DNA of 40,344 nucleotides. Source: a virus (Duplodnaviria > Caudoviricetes). Each line of letters begins with the position of its first letter. Position 1 is the stretch's first letter. The notes under the pieces are model-generated. The model was given only the letters and a program-made list of their open reading frames with translations, did no database searches and was not told the origin of the DNA. Location of the stretch: positions 1 through 40,344 of IMG/VR virus record IMGVR_UViG_3300026534_000120, one strand, 5' to 3'. Of this stretch, positions 37,823-40,344 are shown one piece after another. The position numbers and the translations under genes were made by a program.

Positions 37823-38329
37823 ATGAACTGGAAAGACCTGGTGAAATCGGTCGCCCCGGTGCTCGGCACCGCCCTCGGTGGCCCCTTCGGGGGCATGGCC
37901 ACCCGCTGGCTCGCCGGCAGGCTGCTGGGCGACGAAAACGCAAACGAAGCCGAGCTGGAAAGCGCCATCGCCACCGCCAGCCCGGACACCTTCGCCCGGC
38001 TGCGAGAGCTGGACAACGAGTTCCGCCTGGAGATGAAACGGATCGGCATCGAGGAGAAACAGCTCGAGGCGCAGGATCGCGCCAGCGCCCGAAGCCTGGC
38101 CAAGGTCAACATGCTGCCGCACATCGTCATCAGCGGCATCTACGTCGTCGCCTTCGCCATCGTCCTCTACCTCGTGTTCACCGCCACCATCGACATGACC
38201 CAGATGCAGGAGCGCGTCATGATGTACCTGCTCGGCATCCTCTCCGCCGGCCTCCTCCAGATCATGAATTTCTGGTTCGGCTCCAGCAGCGGCTCCAAGC
38301 AGAAAGACGCAAAACTCGCGCCGCGATGA
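37823..38329 (+). CDS. Holin-like membrane protein
   Basis: APVLGTALGGP, DRASAR, two C-terminal TMs, FWFGSSSGS; follows the endolysin. Confidence 0.75.
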   Translation: MNWKDLVKSVAPVLGTALGGPFGGMATRWLAGRLLGDENANEAELESAIATASPDTFARLRELDNEFRLEMKRIGIEEKQLEAQDRASARSLAKVNMLPHIVISGIYVVAFAIVLYLVFTATIDMTQMQERVMMYLLGILSAGLLQIMNFWFGSSSGSKQKDAKLAPR

Positions 38330-38354
38330 GCGACGCATCACGCCCGCCGGATCC

Positions 38355-38425
38355 TTCTACAATCGCCGAAACGCCATCAAGAAAATCAAAGGTTTGCGAA
38401 AACCGCGAAGACGGGGTTTGTAGAA
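38355..38425. promoter_or_regulatory. att arm: IHF-consensus site (38384-38396) flanked by inverted TTCTACAA/TTGTAGAA
   Basis: AATCAAAGGTTTG matches WATCARNNNNTTR; lies next to the att core. Confidence 0.5.
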
Positions 38426-38482
38426 ACGCCGATTCCGAATATCCTTTTTCGATCAAAGCGCAACGTCCATGTCCGCCGCTGC

Positions 38483-38527
38483 TTCGTAATCAGTAGGTCG
38501 GAGGTTCGACTCCTCTCGTCGGCACCA
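38483..38527 (+). other. att core: 3' half of a tRNA-Thr (anticodon loop TTCGTAA, T-arm, acceptor 3' strand, CCA)
   Basis: TTCGTAATCAGTAGGTCGGAGGTTCGACTCCTCTCGTCGGCACCA; no 5' acceptor strand or D-arm upstream. Confidence 0.85.
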
Positions 38528-38601
38528 CTTCCCTGTTCCATCGGTTTCCGCCCAACCGCCCCGGGTGCTATTCTCGGACTGTTTCCCCCAAGCGGTCCGC
38601 C

Positions 38602-40344
38602 ATGAAACTGTTCGCCAGAAACGATGCCGGCCTGATTTCGCCCGCCCTGCTGCGGCGGGCGGATCTGGCGGCCTTCGCCAATCTGCCCCGTGCCTACCGG
38701 AACCCCGATCGGACCCTGGCGGAACCGGAGGCGGTGCGCGCCCGTCTCGAGGCTCTGACCCATCAGCCGGAACGCCTGCTTGAGGATGCCCGGCACCTGC
38801 TGGCCGGCTACAACCTCCAGCGGTTGCGGCCCGAGAAACGCGAGGCGCTGGCCCGCCAGATCCTGCAGATCGTCTATCCCGTGGTGGCGCGAATCCACGA
38901 CAAGGCCCGGGATCGGGTCAGCAGCCTCCCCGAGAGCCCGTCCCGCCGGGCGCATCTCACGGCTGCCATCGGGGTGCTGGAACAGCTGGCCATTGCCTGG
39001 AAGCATCTGTACCGGGAAACCTGGCATCGCGACGTCCGGCGTTATCGCAAGCAGCGGGATGCCATCTACCGCCATGGCTTTCGCGCGCTCGAGATGCTGT
39101 TCCTCGAACAGCGGTTGCGTGCCCTGCGTTTCCAGAAGTTGCCGCGCAACGCCTGGGTGGACGTGAACCACGTCTTCTTCGCCCAGATCCTGCATGACGA
39201 CATCGAAGCTCCCCTGCCGCTGACCGGCTTCGTGGGCCTGCGCCGGCGCAGCGGGCAGAGCGGGGCGACGTCCCGGCCGCAGACCAGCCTGCAGCGCCTG
39301 TATCTGTCCATCCAGTTGTTCGGCGTGCTCGACGTGAGCAGCTGGCCGACCAGCCTGTTCACGGTGCCCGACGCCTATCTCGATTCCCTCGATACCGGCA
39401 TCGAGTTGCGGCGCGACGATGGCGAGCCGCTGGCGCCCGGCACCCTCATTACCTGGCTGAATCACGATGCGCCGCCGGTTTTCGAGCGGCCGGCGGAGCT
39501 GGCCGAACCGGCCCTGCAACTGGATTACACGGCGTACTACAACCGCCTGATGCAGGATTACGAGACGATTGCGGAGATGCGATTCCTCGACGACTTCGAT
39601 CCCCGTCGGATCAGCACCCCCCTGCGGCGGCTCGAGGACGAAGATCGCGTGCCGGTGCTGCAGCTCATGCTGAGCGCCCTGCACAAACGGGAACGTCGGT
39701 CCCGCCGTCATGCAGTGGTGGGGGAGAACCACATCCGGGTCTGGTTCGGCCTGGGGGAGGTGGCGGCCCGGCTGCTGGAGACGGCGACGCCGGAATGGCG
39801 CCATCGCCTGCGCTCGCGGGAGTTTCGCGAGGCCCTGGGCCAGGCTGCGAAACTGGCGCTTGGCGATGCGCGGGGCGAGTCCGGCGGCCATTGGCAACTG
39901 GTCAACTTCAGTGCCGGCGGCATCCTGATCAGCGCCCTGGATGGCGAGTTCGGCCAGCCGGTCGCCCTTGGCCAGCTGGTGGCCTTCCTGCCTTCCGACG
40001 AAGCCGGAGCGCCCTCGATCGGGTATGTCTGCCGGCTGAACCGGCCCCAGGATCGGGTCGTCGAGGTGGGAATCACCCGCCTGGCCACCGCGGCCGAGCT
40101 GGTCATTCTCGACATCCCGGACACCGACGGTCAGGCGCGGATCCCGGCAATGCTGCTGCACGATCAGGACGGTGCAGGGTACGTGGTGTGCGAACCGGAC
40201 GACCGCCTGCAACCCGGCCTGCCGCTGAAATTGCAGCGGGGCGATGGCGAGCATCCCGCCCGCCTGGGCGAGCTGCGCCTGTCGAAACCGGAATTCAACC
40301 TGTTCGAACTGCGCTCGCCGGGGTTGGGCCGCGCGCCGCGCTGA
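38602..40344 (+). CDS. Host protein with C-terminal PilZ-like motifs (putative c-di-GMP receptor)
   Basis: RxxxR (RRSRR) and NxSxxG (NFSAGG); lies outside the att site. Confidence 0.55.
   Translation: MKLFARNDAGLISPALLRRADLAAFANLPRAYRNPDRTLAEPEAVRARLEALTHQPERLLEDARHLLAGYNLQRLRPEKREALARQILQIVYPVVARIHDKARDRVSSLPESPSRRAHLTAAIGVLEQLAIAWKHLYRETWHRDVRRYRKQRDAIYRHGFRALEMLFLEQRLRALRFQKLPRNAWVDVNHVFFAQILHDDIEAPLPLTGFVGLRRRSGQSGATSRPQTSLQRLYLSIQLFGVLDVSSWPTSLFTVPDAYLDSLDTGIELRRDDGEPLAPGTLITWLNHDAPPVFERPAELAEPALQLDYTAYYNRLMQDYETIAEMRFLDDFDPRRISTPLRRLEDEDRVPVLQLMLSALHKRERRSRRHAVVGENHIRVWFGLGEVAARLLETATPEWRHRLRSREFREALGQAAKLALGDARGESGGHWQLVNFSAGGILISALDGEFGQPVALGQLVAFLPSDEAGAPSIGYVCRLNRPQDRVVEVGITRLATAAELVILDIPDTDGQARIPAMLLHDQDGAGYVVCEPDDRLQPGLPLKLQRGDGEHPARLGELRLSKPEFNLFELRSPGLGRAPR

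Larger units (their letters stand above)
1..38527. mobile_element. Temperate podovirus-like prophage; left end outside the window, right end at a tRNA-Thr-derived att site
   Basis: Lambdoid cI/cro/cII/replication/Q order followed by terminase, portal, capsid, nozzle, ejection proteins, tail fibre and lysis genes; no tape-measure or sheath gene; ends at a tRNA 3' fragment. Confidence 0.95.

Noticed and set aside
38450-38527. Complete tRNA-Thr gene
   Set aside because: 5' acceptor strand and D-arm are absent; only the att duplication is present

Overview
Nearly all of the window (1 to about 38527) is a temperate, podovirus-like prophage in a GC-rich proteobacterium, probably a gammaproteobacterium. 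The left end (integrase and the other att site) lies outside the window. The right end is a duplicated 3' half of a tRNA-Thr (att core, about 38483-38527), followed by a host PilZ-like gene. Gene order: early-left arm (ParB-like, RelE/HigB-type toxin-antitoxin, CsrA, small ORFs); a defence cassette (C5 methyltransferase, Vsr, GHKL-ATPase/PD-(D/E)xK nuclease); cI/cro switch with CAAC-N5-GTTG operators; CII-like; replication genes with an origin-like region; Q-like antiterminator with pR'/tR'; TerS and TerL; portal; scaffold; major capsid; adaptor and nozzle; ejection proteins including a 2.1-kaa polyvalent protein; FG-GAP tail fibre; GH108 endolysin; holin. The most striking feature is a 273-aa intein in TerL whose endonuclease slot has no in-frame nuclease. 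It instead holds a complete HNH/zinc-finger endonuclease gene in a different reading frame, with its own Shine-Dalgarno, start and stop. Also notable: an overprinted small gene and an antisense promoter beside toxin-like domains inside the giant virion gene, an in-frame TAG near that gene's true start, and dispersed parS-like palindromes. All calls come from reading motifs by eye; no database searches were run.
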